Positions 1 through 10,551 of a stretch of 64,000 nt of DNA are shown in pieces. Every line of letters begins with the position of its first letter. Within the stretch, counting starts at the first letter, position 1. The translations under genes and the position numbers were made by a program. The notes beneath the pieces are model-generated. The model did no database searches and had not been told where the DNA came from. It was given only the letters and a program-made list of their open reading frames with translations. The DNA is from an uncultured Chloroflexia bacterium (lineage in GTDB: Bacteria > Chloroflexota > Ktedonobacteria > Ktedonobacterales > JADMIN01): the NCBI GenBank assembly GCA_963840335.1, contig CAWIYP010000012.1:218661-282660 (forward strand), in the 5' to 3' direction.

Positions 1-2101
1 CCAACCCAATGCCACTGCCAGCCAGCGCTCCCACATATCCCGACCCTTTGGCGCCCGATGTCGAGATGCCCGGCTTGAACATCAAGCTGAGCGCTTGCTC
101 AGGCGTCAGGTCACGCGCCTCTTCAGCGGAGATGAGTTGCGCGCCAATCGCGGCGGCGATCAGCAGGTTCTCGTTGACCCCACGCCCATCGTCGCCAACG
201 TCTATCACGACCGTTGAACCGGATGTGTAGGCATGGAGCCACACCTTTCCCCTGGCAGGCTTGCCTGCTTCGGCGCGCTCCAGCGGCTGTTCGATGCCAT
301 GCGCGATGGCATTGCGCATCAGTTGGATGAGTGGGTTTTCCAACGCCTCCAGCAACGAACGATCGATCTCAACATCTTCGCCTCGCGCCTCGAAGTCCGT
401 CAGTTTGCCCATGTTTTTCGCCGCTACGAGTACCGAGAGGCGCACCCGTGGCATGATCTCACCCAGGCGCGCCAGACGCATATCCATCGCGTCTTCCTGG
501 ATGTCACGCGCCAGCCCCTCTTGTGTCTCCGTAAGCTGGCTCAGGCGATCAATCAGCGACGCCATCATGCCATAGTTCGCCGTGACATCCGCGACGGCCT
601 CGGTGAGCGCGCGCAAAGCGGAATCTATCTCGGTGTATCGCTCCATCTCCAGATCAGTCCAGGAGGCGCGCAGAAGACCCGAAGGGGTAGCGGGAGGGTC
701 GGGCGGCATAGCAGCGGGATTGCGTGCGCTCTGAACAGCGAGGGTATGATCCGTCCGCGCCGATGCGAGCAGATTGTCGAATGTCAGGGGGTGTGAATCG
801 CTGATCTGCGCGCTTTTCTCGCGCAAGCGCTGAAGCGTCTCCCGCATCTCTTCCTGCGCGCGGAGGATCTCGCCGCGATTGCGCGCTACAGCGCCGCGAT
901 TGGCCGCCAGTGCGCTGAGTTGATTCATCAGCATATCGAGCTTGCGCGCCTCGACCCGCAGCACCAGATCGCCTTCCGAGTGTCGCGGGCGCGTCTCTTC
1001 CAGACTGAAGGATACCGGAGGTCTCGGATACGCGCCGCTTTCGTCTCGGGCGATCTCGCCCATTTCATGCCCGCGTGTCAGCTCATCGCGCAAGGCTTCC
1101 GCTTCCTCGATCAATGCGGGCGCAGGCTCCTTGTGGTTCTCGACGGCGGTCAGCCCGCGCTCAAAGAGATCGAGGAAGCGAGCCAGGCCTGTCAGAAACG
1201 CGCTATCGGTCGTAGCTCTGCTCGCTTGGCGCGCCAATAGCGTGCGCTGAAATGCCTCCGCGATCTTCGCTACATCATAGAATCTCAGTGTTGCGGCGGC
1301 GCCTTTGATTTTGTGTCCTATGAATTCCATATCCGCAAGCGCCGATACATCACCGGGTCGCTGCTCGAATTCAAGCATGTGCTTGCCGAGGTCGCGAATA
1401 TCTGTCTGTGTTTCCTGGCAAAATAGCTGGTGAACATCAGGGGTTAGGGTTTTCAGAATATCATCGTCTTCTGGCGTGAAACCGCCAAACACCGGAACGT
1501 CCTCGCCGCTTTCTGTCTTAGCGGTGAAGATCGGCGTCCCCGCCACGCGGGCGACACTCCTCGCATCCGCCTGAGCGTCACGCTTGCGTAGCCGCGCTCC
1601 CGCAAACGACTGGATCAACTCAAGATCATCCAGCGTCAACTCGCTGGCCCCCGCGAAGCTGTATTCCTCGGGGGTGGCGGCGCGCTCCGTAGGCGCGCTA
1701 CTGGCGCCACCGCGCAGTGTGCGCTCCAGGCGCAGCGCCAGGTTGCGGTCATGCTCGCTGAGCGGCCGCACATCGCCGCGCTCCGCGAATTGCTCGATGC
1801 GCCATTTCATGTAATGAAGCGTGTCATGCGCGCCAATTGGCGCGAACGGTTCAGCCGCGCTCGTCTCCACCGCCTCGCTGGCGGCGGCTGCGAGCGCAAG
1901 AGCCAGCGCGCTCAGGTCATCCACCGCGAATGCCTGGGCCAACTCAGCCGTCGCCGTCGCGAGGCGGGCCATCTCGCGCAGAGCCAGGGGCCGCTGCGCC
2001 ACCGGAGTCGCCGCGCTCAGCGAGACAGTATGCGACTCGATGGCTGTAAGCAGCGTCCGCATTTCATAGATGAAGCGAGTGAAGACAGGCGCATCAGGCA
2101 T
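1..2101 (-). CDS. cheA: CheA-type histidine kinase, partial (3' end lies beyond the left edge)
   Basis: The minus-strand frame is open from ATG 2101-2099 to the window edge. It is absent from the ORF track because it has no stop in the window. My translation shows the HPt motif DMEFIGHKIKGAAATLRF (~1262-1333), the N-box ENPLIQLMRNAIAHGIEQP (~285-349) and the DDGRGV G1 box (~180-196), all in frame with the ATG. The ATG overlaps the cheW stop (ATGCCTGA). Confidence 0.85.
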   Translation of the reverse strand, partial: MPDAPVFTRFIYEMRTLLTAIESHTVSLSAATPVAQRPLALREMARLATATAELAQAFAVDDLSALALALAAAASEAVETSAAEPFAPIGAHDTLHYMKWRIEQFAERGDVRPLSEHDRNLALRLERTLRGGASSAPTERAATPEEYSFAGASELTLDDLELIQSFAGARLRKRDAQADARSVARVAGTPIFTAKTESGEDVPVFGGFTPEDDDILKTLTPDVHQLFCQETQTDIRDLGKHMLEFEQRPGDVSALADMEFIGHKIKGAAATLRFYDVAKIAEAFQRTLLARQASRATTDSAFLTGLARFLDLFERGLTAVENHKEPAPALIEEAEALRDELTRGHEMGEIARDESGAYPRPPVSFSLEETRPRHSEGDLVLRVEARKLDMLMNQLSALAANRGAVARNRGEILRAQEEMRETLQRLREKSAQISDSHPLTFDNLLASARTDHTLAVQSARNPAAMPPDPPATPSGLLRASWTDLEMERYTEIDSALRALTEAVADVTANYGMMASLIDRLSQLTETQEGLARDIQEDAMDMRLARLGEIMPRVRLSVLVAAKNMGKLTDFEARGEDVEIDRSLLEALENPLIQLMRNAIAHGIEQPLERAEAGKPARGKVWLHAYTSGSTVVIDVGDDGRGVNENLLIAAAIGAQLISAEEARDLTPEQALSLMFKPGISTSGAKGSGYVGALAGSGIGL

Positions 2102-2717
2102 GATCTGGTCGCTCCTCCAGCGCGCTGAGCACATCCTCGACCAGTTGCGCGACCCGTAGCGCCAAGGCTACGCCATCCAGCCCCGGAACAGCAAACGCCT
2201 CCGCCACATACTGCGGTAATGGAGCAGCGCCCGGAACGGAGAGTGATGGAAGCGAACGACGATCATCATCGCGAATGACACAGATGTCGCCGATCTGGTC
2301 AACGAGCAGCGCCAATTGATGCTCGTCCTCGCCGACGATCAGCGCACGGAGTGGCTCCGTGCGCCCAATCGCTGACGTGGATGCGAGAGGCGCAAGTGAC
2401 GTATCGTTCGCCTGCCATGAGGCTTCTGGGCCTAGCGTCAGCATGGGCGTTGGGTCAATGAGCGCCACGATGTCCGTGCGCAACGGGAAGATGCCCCAGA
2501 GCCAATACGGGCTGAATGGCAATGCGACATGCCGTGGAACCGCGGGCAGCGCTTCCCGAAGCTCGGACAGGCGGACGAGGCAGGGCCATTCGCCAAGCCA
2601 GAACAACAGATATTGCTGTCTCTCCAACTCAGCGGGAGAGCCTGAAGGAGGAGTCACGGCGTTGCGCGGCGCAATGACATCACTCTGCGCGTCCGCCTCA
2701 CCGACATGACCATCCAT
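2094..2717 (-). CDS. cheW: CheW-like coupling protein
   Basis: 207-aa ORF. The stretch LLFWLGEWPCLVRLSELREALP...PYWLWGIFPLRTDIVALIDP is typical of the CheW domain. It is translationally coupled to cheA. Confidence 0.85.
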   Translation of the reverse strand: MDGHVGEADAQSDVIAPRNAVTPPSGSPAELERQQYLLFWLGEWPCLVRLSELREALPAVPRHVALPFSPYWLWGIFPLRTDIVALIDPTPMLTLGPEASWQANDTSLAPLASTSAIGRTEPLRALIVGEDEHQLALLVDQIGDICVIRDDDRRSLPSLSVPGAAPLPQYVAEAFAVPGLDGVALALRVAQLVEDVLSALEERPDHA

Positions 2718-2771
2718 CTCACGTAACCCTCATTGCCGTGCCGCCAACGAACATCCACGGACGCGCCGCCA

Positions 2772-3296
2772 CTAGTCGCGCGGCCACTCCAGGCCCAGCG
2801 CGATACGGATACGCTTGACCAGCGCAGGCGACTTGAACGGCTTGGCGATAAAATCCGACGCTCCAAGCAATTTCGAGTAGGCGCGATTCACGACACCGTC
2901 ACGTCCTGAGAGCATGATGATGAGCGTTTCGCCGCAGGCTGGGTTGGCGCGAAAGAGACGCGCCACGTCATAGCCATTCATCTTTGGCAGGCCGATATCG
3001 AGCAGCAGCACCCGCGGCGGCGCAATCTCGCCGTTCTTCAGCGCGGCGAGGGCCTGCAAGCCATCGGCGTACGAGATTGCGCTGATACCGACACGCTCCA
3101 GGCTCATCTCCACGACGCGGCGCACGGCTGGCGAGTCGTCGATCACCATCACCAGGGGCGAATCCTCATACTCAGTGGTGAAAAACGCATCCTCGTCGTC
3201 GAGGCGGCCACGCGCCTTGGCGCTATCATCGCCTGCCAGGTCGAGCCGTCGCGTCACGCTGGCGCGACCTACATTCGGATTCCGCGTATCCATCAT
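2772..3296 (-). CDS. Response regulator, receiver domain only (CheY-like) with an N-terminal extension
   Basis: 174-aa ORF. Receiver signature VMVIDDSPAVRRVVEMSLE...VLLLDIGLPKMNGYDVARLF...IIMLSG...KPF. Confidence 0.85.
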   Translation of the reverse strand: MMDTRNPNVGRASVTRRLDLAGDDSAKARGRLDDEDAFFTTEYEDSPLVMVIDDSPAVRRVVEMSLERVGISAISYADGLQALAALKNGEIAPPRVLLLDIGLPKMNGYDVARLFRANPACGETLIIMLSGRDGVVNRAYSKLLGASDFIAKPFKSPALVKRIRIALGLEWPRD

Positions 3297-3379
3297 CGTG
3301 GTCTATCCTCCCTGGAGGAGCGCCAGGCGTCCTCCCTCTGCGCGCCATAGACGCGCTGCTGGCCAAGACCAGGCCAGCC

Positions 3380-4669
3380 TCAACTCGTCATGGAGGCGAA
3401 GAGCGCCTCCCACGCTTCCTGGTTCTGTACACGGTCGCGCGGTGAAGCGACACGCGCATTGATACGCTTGAACGCGATCTCCAGCGTGTGCAGTAGCTCT
3501 TCGCGATAGGTCATGAACAGCGGATTAGGGGTGCTGTCCGCACTACGTGCGCTCGCCTCAAACATCCTGCGACAATACAGGGCGAAATCATTCTCGTCAA
3601 TATGGTTCTGGTCGATCACGAACGTATACGGCCCGATGCCACGGCGCCCCTCACGCTCCAGCAACGTCTCCAGCGTATCGGCGGCGAGCATCACATGACT
3701 CGCGCGGTAGGACTCCGCGAGCACATCCATCGTCTCGTTGATGAAGCTCACCAGCGCGACGAGACGATCAACATCTGTCCTGCACTTAAGCCACGTCTGC
3801 TCCATCTTGATCACCAGGCTAAAGAGATCGAAGCCATGCAGAGCTAGACGCGAGCCGTCGCTTGGCGCCCCATGCGCTCCCGCGTCGCTGCTCGGCAGTA
3901 GCAAGCCCTCCTGAACCAGCGGCCCTACCATCCGCGCGACATCTAGCTCAGGCATCCGTAGCGCCGTCGCGATACGCCGGACAGTATGATGTGCGTTGAC
4001 ACGCGCAATGATACGCCAGGCTTCGGGATGGAACTGGAGCGAGTGGTCAATAGGCGGGTCGCTCGTCATCGAGAGATAGGTGCGCATCCCCTCGGGCAGA
4101 AGATACTCCAGACGATCCCACTCATGCTGGTAGCGCAACGCCTCCATAGCCGCCGAAGTGGTCTCGACTCGTGGTGCGACCGCGTCGTCGGGCATCCGCT
4201 CACCCGTCTGAAAGACATAGTCGCCAGCTTTCCAGAGCGAAAGCTCGCGAATCGTCCACAGCGTCTGGGTGCGCAGCGCCTTCTCCAACTGCTGTGGCGT
4301 GATGATGCGACGATCTACCAGCCGCTCACCGATGCGCTTGCCGAGAGCGTCTTGTATCTGAAGCTGAAACACATAGTCCATCTGCTGCTTGCTGGCGAGT
4401 TGGAGCTGTTGCAGCACATTGCCGAGCGTGAGCGCCTCGCGATCCTGCTCCTGTGCGCCTACAATGTTGCCATGATCGAAGTAGACGATACCACTCCCAC
4501 CCTTGGCGGATTTGAGGTGCAAAGCGCCAGACTTGTTGTCCAGGTTCATACCCTGAAGCAAGTCTACCAGGCTGAAATCTTCCAGCCGTCCCTGAAATGT
4601 ACGAGCTTGCGCCAATGCACCAATCCTCATCGCCAGCAGTTCGCACTCTCGCGCGAACACACAATGCAC
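3380..4669 (-). CDS. DUF4388-type domain protein with an uncharacterised C-terminal region
   Basis: 429-aa ORF. The N-terminus GRLEDFSLVDLLQGMNLDNKSGALHLKS..GIVYFDHGNIVGA resembles the DUF4388 signature. It is the first gene of the Che-like operon. The true start may be the internal Met 13 codons in. Confidence 0.6.
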   Translation of the reverse strand: MHCVFARECELLAMRIGALAQARTFQGRLEDFSLVDLLQGMNLDNKSGALHLKSAKGGSGIVYFDHGNIVGAQEQDREALTLGNVLQQLQLASKQQMDYVFQLQIQDALGKRIGERLVDRRIITPQQLEKALRTQTLWTIRELSLWKAGDYVFQTGERMPDDAVAPRVETTSAAMEALRYQHEWDRLEYLLPEGMRTYLSMTSDPPIDHSLQFHPEAWRIIARVNAHHTVRRIATALRMPELDVARMVGPLVQEGLLLPSSDAGAHGAPSDGSRLALHGFDLFSLVIKMEQTWLKCRTDVDRLVALVSFINETMDVLAESYRASHVMLAADTLETLLEREGRRGIGPYTFVIDQNHIDENDFALYCRRMFEASARSADSTPNPLFMTYREELLHTLEIAFKRINARVASPRDRVQNQEAWEALFASMTS

Positions 4670-4751
4670 TCCGTCACCCCTGCCATACCCCGCAAACGTG
4701 AACCGACCGCATTATATGCCCGCCACCCATTCCCCGACAATTCTTGACGAC

Positions 4752-5273
4752 TTACGAGGGCGGCGGCCCGATCAGATGGAGATCTCCCGCTGGGGCCTCC
4801 GCAGCCAATGCGGCCGCCTCACGCCGCACTCCCGGATGCCAGGCATGCGGCGCGATCTCCGCGAGCGGAACCAGCGCGAACGCCCGCTGGAGCAGATGCG
4901 CGTGAGGAATGGTCAACGCTGGGGTATCAAGTAGCTCGTCGCCAAAGAGCAGGATGTCGATGTCTATCGGACGTGGGCCATAGCGCGGGCCAGACGCCCG
5001 CCCCAGATCACGCTCGATCTGCTTGACCACCGCCAGGAGCGTGTGCGGGTCGAGGCGAGTCCAGCCCTCCACCACCATGTTGTGAAAACGCGGCTGATCT
5101 TCGACGAGCAGCGGCGCGGAATCCCAGATGGACGAGCGGCGTGTAATCCGCACCCTCTCCGCGAGCCGCTCGATAGCCGCTCCCAGGAAAGCATCGCGGT
5201 CGCCCATGTTTGAGCCAAGTCCCAGGTAGACGAGCGATTCACCCACGTCAGCAGACTCGTCCCGGACGCCCAT
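4752..5273 (-). CDS. folK: 2-amino-4-hydroxy-6-hydroxymethyldihydropteridine pyrophosphokinase
   Basis: 173-aa ORF. Motifs LVYLGLGSNMGDR, GPRPIDIDILLFGD and LTIPHAHLLQRAFALVPLAEI are HPPK hallmarks. Confidence 0.85.
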   Translation of the reverse strand: MGVRDESADVGESLVYLGLGSNMGDRDAFLGAAIERLAERVRITRRSSIWDSAPLLVEDQPRFHNMVVEGWTRLDPHTLLAVVKQIERDLGRASGPRYGPRPIDIDILLFGDELLDTPALTIPHAHLLQRAFALVPLAEIAPHAWHPGVRREAAALAAEAPAGDLHLIGPPPS

Positions 5274-5541
5274 CTCGCATGCTCCTCCATCACCGCGTGA
5301 GGGCGTTTCCTCAGCGCACTCTCAACATGTGACTGACCTGACAACTGGCGCGCATATGGCGTAGATGCTTGCGCGATGCTATAAAATGGATAGCGAAACG
5401 GCGCAGTTTCGCCTCGGTGACGAGACAAACGGCGCGCTGACATCATCATACACTGGCTTAGGGGACACGCACAGTCTATCTGTGGCGTGACGACCTGGCT
5501 TTTTATTACCACTTTGCGCGCAAAGGCGGAAGAACTCATCC

Positions 5542-6903
5542 ATGATAGCTGTGGTAGGTCTGGATCACCATCGTGCGAGCGTAGAAGCCCGCGGACGCTT
5601 GACGTTTACCGACGACCGGCTAGAAGAAGCGCTCCAGACACTGGGCGCTAACCCGTGGATTGATGAGGTGGTCATCCTCTCCACCTGCAACCGCACAGAA
5701 GTCTACCTGGCCAGCCGCGAGATTGACGAGGCGCTGGACCAGACGCGCGCATATCTCGCGAGCACCTTCGACCGGACGCGCGCAGCCAGCGGCTCTGGCC
5801 ACACAGCCATCGCGAGCGCGCCTATCGAGTTGGCGCATGCGCTCTACACCTACGAAGGCGGCTCTGCGGTGCGACATGCCTATGAGGTCGCCGCCGGCCT
5901 GCGCTCGATGGTGATTGGCGAGCCTCAGATACTGGGACAGGTACGCACCGCGCTCGGAGCCGCTGAGCGCGCTACTGTGGTTGGCGAGGAGCTTCGCGGC
6001 GTTTTTACCGGCGCCCTCAAGATTGGTAAGCGCGTGCGGACCGAGACCGACATCAACCGTGCGGATGTCTCGGTCGCGGGTCTGGGGGTGCGCGCCGCTC
6101 GCGAGGCGCTGGGTAGCCTACGCGGCAAGACAGCGCTGCTCATCGGCGCGGGACGAACGAATCAGTTGAGTGGGGCGTTGCTCCAGACCGAAGCTATCGG
6201 CAAGACACTGATCGCCAATCGCTCGCGCGAATCCGCGGAGGCGCTGGCCAGCCAGCTCGGCGGCGAGGCTATCACGTTCGCGCAACTCGAAGCCGCCATC
6301 GCTCAGGCGGATATCATCATCAGCGCCACTGCCGCGCCGCATCTCGTGCTGGAGCGCGAGACGGTCGCGCGGGGCCTCGTCGGACGCCAGACGCCGCTAA
6401 TCGCGCTCGACCTGGCCGTGCCAGCGGATATGGAAGCAAGTGTTGGCGAGCTACCTGGCGTCACACTGCTCACTCTCGATACCCTCCGCGAGATGACCGA
6501 CCCCGACGCCCACGCCGACCCCGCCGTCGTCGCAGCCCTGCGCGGCCATGAGCGCGACATCGAGCTGGCGCGGCAGATCATCGCCGAGGGCATGCGCGAC
6601 TATGCCCGCGCGCAGACCGTTCGTCTCGCGGCGCCAGGCATCGCGGCTCTGCGCCGCCATGTCGACCGTTCCGAGGAGCAGGAGCTTACCGAGGCGCTCG
6701 CCCAGCTCAGCCACCTCAGCGACCGCGACCGCGCGGTCATTGAGCGTTTTGCGTCGCGTCTGGTTGACAAGATGTTCCACCACCTCGTCCGACGTATTCG
6801 CTCCCTCGCCGAGTATGACGAAATCCCCCCCGATATCACGATGCGCGTGCTTTCGCAGCTCTTCGCCGAGCCACCAACCCACGATCGCGACACCAACGAG
6901 TAA
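5542..6903 (+). CDS. hemA: Glutamyl-tRNA reductase
   Basis: 453-aa ORF. It has the catalytic-Cys motif ILSTCNRTEVY and the NAD(P) fold LLIGAGRTNQL, with typical length. Confidence 0.9.
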   Translation: MIAVVGLDHHRASVEARGRLTFTDDRLEEALQTLGANPWIDEVVILSTCNRTEVYLASREIDEALDQTRAYLASTFDRTRAASGSGHTAIASAPIELAHALYTYEGGSAVRHAYEVAAGLRSMVIGEPQILGQVRTALGAAERATVVGEELRGVFTGALKIGKRVRTETDINRADVSVAGLGVRAAREALGSLRGKTALLIGAGRTNQLSGALLQTEAIGKTLIANRSRESAEALASQLGGEAITFAQLEAAIAQADIIISATAAPHLVLERETVARGLVGRQTPLIALDLAVPADMEASVGELPGVTLLTLDTLREMTDPDAHADPAVVAALRGHERDIELARQIIAEGMRDYARAQTVRLAAPGIAALRRHVDRSEEQELTEALAQLSHLSDRDRAVIERFASRLVDKMFHHLVRRIRSLAEYDEIPPDITMRVLSQLFAEPPTHDRDTNE

Positions 6904-6989
6904 CTCCGGAGAGCCACATACCCCAGGTTTGCCCACCAGGATGATTGTAGATAACCATACAACATACATACAGAGATGAGAGGCTAATC

Positions 6990-7589
6990 ATGGAGTTCGC
7001 GGACGTGGTGCGCAAACGACGCATGGTGCGGCATTTCGCCAGCGATCCGGTGGCGCCAGAGGTAATCGCGCGGATCCTCGACCTGGCACGGCGGGCGCCG
7101 AGCGCGGGATTCACCCAGGGACAGTCGTTCGTCGTGGTGACACGCGCGGAAACGCGGCATGAGATCGGGCGCATCTGTGGCGAGGAGGAGTACACGGCTG
7201 ACGGGTTCCATCCGTGGATTTCCGAGGCGCCTGTGATCGTGGTTCCCTGCGTCAGCGAGGCCGCCTACCACCGCCGCTATCAGGAAGCGGACAAGCTGGA
7301 TGAGCAGGGCGCCGAGACCGAATGGCCCGTTCCCTACTGGTTCATGGACATCGGCTGCTCGGTGCAGACGCTGCTGCTGGCAGTGGTGAACGAAGGACTG
7401 GCGGCGGGCTTCGCGGGCGCGCCGACGACCGTGCGCATGGGTGAGTTGCGGCAGTTGCTCGGCATCCCCGACGAAGTGACGCCAGTCGGGGTCATCCCTA
7501 TCGGACGCCCAGCCGAAGATCTCCGCTCACCATCAATCAAGCGCGGCCGCAAGCCAATCGCGGAGTTTGCGCACTACGAAACATGGTGA
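6990..7589 (+). CDS. Nitroreductase family protein
   Basis: 199-aa ORF. VRKRRMVRHFASDPV...ILDLARRAPSAGFTQGQSFVVV is typical of the nitroreductase fold. Confidence 0.8.
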   Translation: MEFADVVRKRRMVRHFASDPVAPEVIARILDLARRAPSAGFTQGQSFVVVTRAETRHEIGRICGEEEYTADGFHPWISEAPVIVVPCVSEAAYHRRYQEADKLDEQGAETEWPVPYWFMDIGCSVQTLLLAVVNEGLAAGFAGAPTTVRMGELRQLLGIPDEVTPVGVIPIGRPAEDLRSPSIKRGRKPIAEFAHYETW

Positions 7590-7698
7590 GTGGGCGTCAA
7601 CGACCAATACTCCCGCAGATTGACGCCAATCAGCGCCAGCGGTATGCTGCGCCTTGTAGCGACGGCATGCGGTATTGCCATGAAAGGGAACTAGCTCG

Positions 7699-8265
7699 AT
7701 GCGTTGGAGCGCGAAGATCGTTCAGGCCAGGCGTGCGCTCTCGCCGCGCCCACTCGTCATCCTGACGGCTCTGCTGGCGGCGCTGGCGCTGGTTCTGAGC
7801 GCGTGCGGCTCGAATAGCCTGCCCAGCGGCGTCTACACCAGCCAGAAATACGGCTTCAGCGTCGCCTATCCCTCAGGTTGGCAGATCAACACATCCCCAA
7901 ATCCAGCCGCCACAGCGCCGCTCATTGTGCTTATCACGCGCACGGGCGCGACTGAGCTTCCCGGCTCGCAAATATCGTCTCTCACCATCAACGTGCTCGA
8001 TATGAATAATCCTGGCATCGCGCAGAACGCCGCCTCGCTGAGCGCCAACAAGAACCTCACCAAGACCACCGTTGGCGGTCAGCCTGGCTTCCGCGACACG
8101 CCAGTCTCGCAGCCCGGCGGTGGCGCGAACTCCTCCGTCGCGGTGATTCACAGCGACTTCTACGTCGTTCACGGCGCGTATTTCTACACCCTCAGCACTG
8201 ACGCGCTCCCAGGGGACAGCGCCGTACTCAGCCAGATGACGCAGAGCTTCAAGCTACTGGGCTAA
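7699..8265 (+). CDS. Putative lipoprotein, function unknown
   Basis: 188-aa ORF. It has a signal peptide with the lipobox LVLSAC-GS. I recognise no catalytic motif. Confidence 0.6.
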   Translation: MRWSAKIVQARRALSPRPLVILTALLAALALVLSACGSNSLPSGVYTSQKYGFSVAYPSGWQINTSPNPAATAPLIVLITRTGATELPGSQISSLTINVLDMNNPGIAQNAASLSANKNLTKTTVGGQPGFRDTPVSQPGGGANSSVAVIHSDFYVVHGAYFYTLSTDALPGDSAVLSQMTQSFKLLG

Positions 8266-8296
8266 GACAACCGCACGTCTCTTCCCCTCGCCAGGC

Positions 8297-10408
8297 TTAA
8301 CGCACACGGCGCCGCTCATCGGGCATCGCATTGTGAGCTGCGAGCAATTCGACGAGCCATTGCTCATCGTATATCGGCACGCCCAGCTTCTCCGCCTTCG
8401 CCAGCTTGCTGCCGGGCGCCGCGCCGACGATCAGGTGATCCAGGGTCTTCGTCACGCTGGTGGCGATCTTGCCGCCTAGCGCGCGGAGCGCATCCTCGGC
8501 CTGCCCGCGCGTCAGGCGCTCCAGAGAGCCAGTGAGCAGGAAGGTTTGCCCAATCAGCGGCATGCCGTCGCCCACCAGGAGCGCATCAGCGGGCGCGGCC
8601 AGCGTCAGGCCTGACGCGCGCAGTCGCTCGATCAGCGCGCGGTTCTCCTCCTCATGCGTCCACTGATACACGCTCTGGGCGATGCGGGGGCCGATGCCCG
8701 GGAGCGCCGCGATCTCCTCCTCGCTCGCCGCCAGCAGCGCATCGCAATCGTGGAAGGCGCTCACCAGCGTTTCAGCGGCTTTCTCGCCGACAAAGCGTAT
8801 CCCCAGCCCAAAGAGCGCCCGCGCGAACGGCTGCGCCTTGCTAGCCTCGATGGCAGCGAGCAGATTGGTCGCGCTCTTCTTCTGGAATCCTGGCAGCCCC
8901 AGCAGATCATCCAGCGTCAGGCGATAGATGTCTGAAGGGTCAGCTACCAGCCCTGCCGTCACCAGGCGCAGCACGATCATCTCGCCCATTCCCTGAATGT
9001 CCATCGCGCCACGGCTGACGAAGTGCTGCAATCCTTCCAGCCGTCTGCCTGGGCACGCTAGATTCGGGCAATAGGTCACCTTCTCATCTTCGTTGCGCAC
9101 AGCGGGAGTGTGACAGATGGGGCATTCCTTCGGAAATTCCCAGACGCGCTCTGAGCCATCGCGCAGCTCGACCAGCGCCTTCACCACGCCGGGAATGACG
9201 TCGCCATGTCGCTGCACGACGACGGTATCGCCGATGCGCAGGTCTTTGCGCGCAACCTCGTCGGCGTTGAAAAGCGTCGCGTTCGCGACGGTGACGCCGC
9301 CAATCTGCACTGGCTCCAGCCGTGCATTGGGGATTAGTGCGCCTGTGCGCCCTACCGTAACGACGATATCGAGCAGCCTGGTATTCGCTTCGATTGGCGG
9401 GAACTTGTACGCGATGCCCCAGCGCGGATCGCGCGCCACGACCCCAAGCTCCTGCTGCTGCCAGCGCGCGTCTATCTTGACGACAGCGCCGTCAATGTCA
9501 TAGGGTACCTCGAAGCGCGTCAGGCTCATCTGGTCGGCGTAGGCTTGCGCCGCTTCGAGTGAGTCCAGCCGCGTCACCAGGGAGCTGACAGGAAATCCCC
9601 AGGCGCGCAGCCATGCGAGCGCCTCCCACTGGCCCTCTGGCTCTGGCGCGCCCGCGATGGACGCGATCTGGTACGCGAGGAATGAGAGTGGACGCTGCGC
9701 GGTCATCCGCACGTCCTTCTGGCGCAGTGAGCCAGCGGCGGAGTTGCGCGCGTTCGCGAAGAGCTTCGGCTCCACGCCCGCCGCTCGCGCCTCATCGGCC
9801 AGCCGCGCATTGAGCGCCTCGAAGTCGGCGCGTAGCATATAAATCTCGCCACGCACCTCCACCTGCGCGGGAATCGGCGCGGCGTCCGTAGATTCCAGGC
9901 GCTGGGGGATGTCGCGTACCGTGCGGACATTCGCGGTGACGTTCTCGCCCACCTCGCCATTGCCACGTGTGGCGCTCACCCGCAGCACGCCGTCACGATA
10001 GACGAGATTCATGCTCAGCCCATCGATTTTTGGCTCACCGACAAAGCTAAACGTCGCTTCCGGCAGGATATGCTGCGCGCGATCACGCCAGGCGATCAGC
10101 TCCTCCGGCGCCCGCACATTGGCCAGGCTCAGCATGGGCGTCAGATGGCGAAATTTCGTGAAGCCCGTCGCTGGCTCGCCTGCGACACGCTGCGTCGGCG
10201 AGGCGGGCGTGATCAGTTCTGGGTGCGCGTCTTCGAGCGCGCGGAGGGCGCGCATCAGTCCATCGTACTCGGCGTCGGAGATGGTGGGGCTATCCAGCAC
10301 ATAGTAGTCGTAGTCAGCCTTGCGAATACGCTCACGCAGCGCCTCAGCCTCTTGTGCGAGATCACGCCCCGTTGCGTCCGCGCGCAACTCATCATCTGAC
10401 GCCGACAC
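8297..10408 (-). CDS. ligA: NAD-dependent DNA ligase
   Basis: 703-aa ORF. It has the adenylation motif EPKIDGLS, the Zn finger CPICHTP...CPNLACP, HhH repeats and a C-terminal BRCT-like region. Confidence 0.95.
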   Translation of the reverse strand: MSASDDELRADATGRDLAQEAEALRERIRKADYDYYVLDSPTISDAEYDGLMRALRALEDAHPELITPASPTQRVAGEPATGFTKFRHLTPMLSLANVRAPEELIAWRDRAQHILPEATFSFVGEPKIDGLSMNLVYRDGVLRVSATRGNGEVGENVTANVRTVRDIPQRLESTDAAPIPAQVEVRGEIYMLRADFEALNARLADEARAAGVEPKLFANARNSAAGSLRQKDVRMTAQRPLSFLAYQIASIAGAPEPEGQWEALAWLRAWGFPVSSLVTRLDSLEAAQAYADQMSLTRFEVPYDIDGAVVKIDARWQQQELGVVARDPRWGIAYKFPPIEANTRLLDIVVTVGRTGALIPNARLEPVQIGGVTVANATLFNADEVARKDLRIGDTVVVQRHGDVIPGVVKALVELRDGSERVWEFPKECPICHTPAVRNEDEKVTYCPNLACPGRRLEGLQHFVSRGAMDIQGMGEMIVLRLVTAGLVADPSDIYRLTLDDLLGLPGFQKKSATNLLAAIEASKAQPFARALFGLGIRFVGEKAAETLVSAFHDCDALLAASEEEIAALPGIGPRIAQSVYQWTHEEENRALIERLRASGLTLAAPADALLVGDGMPLIGQTFLLTGSLERLTRGQAEDALRALGGKIATSVTKTLDHLIVGAAPGSKLAKAEKLGVPIYDEQWLVELLAAHNAMPDERRRVR

Positions 10409-10551
10409 GAATCACTCCTTATCACATGGGAGAATAGTCGCACCAGGCCAGGGTGTACACGAGCGCGTGGTCTGGTGGTGGGCCACAAAGCAGTCTAACA
10501 CACACCTGTGGCCATGCAATGGTTCATTCTCACCGTGCGCGCGGAAAGCGG

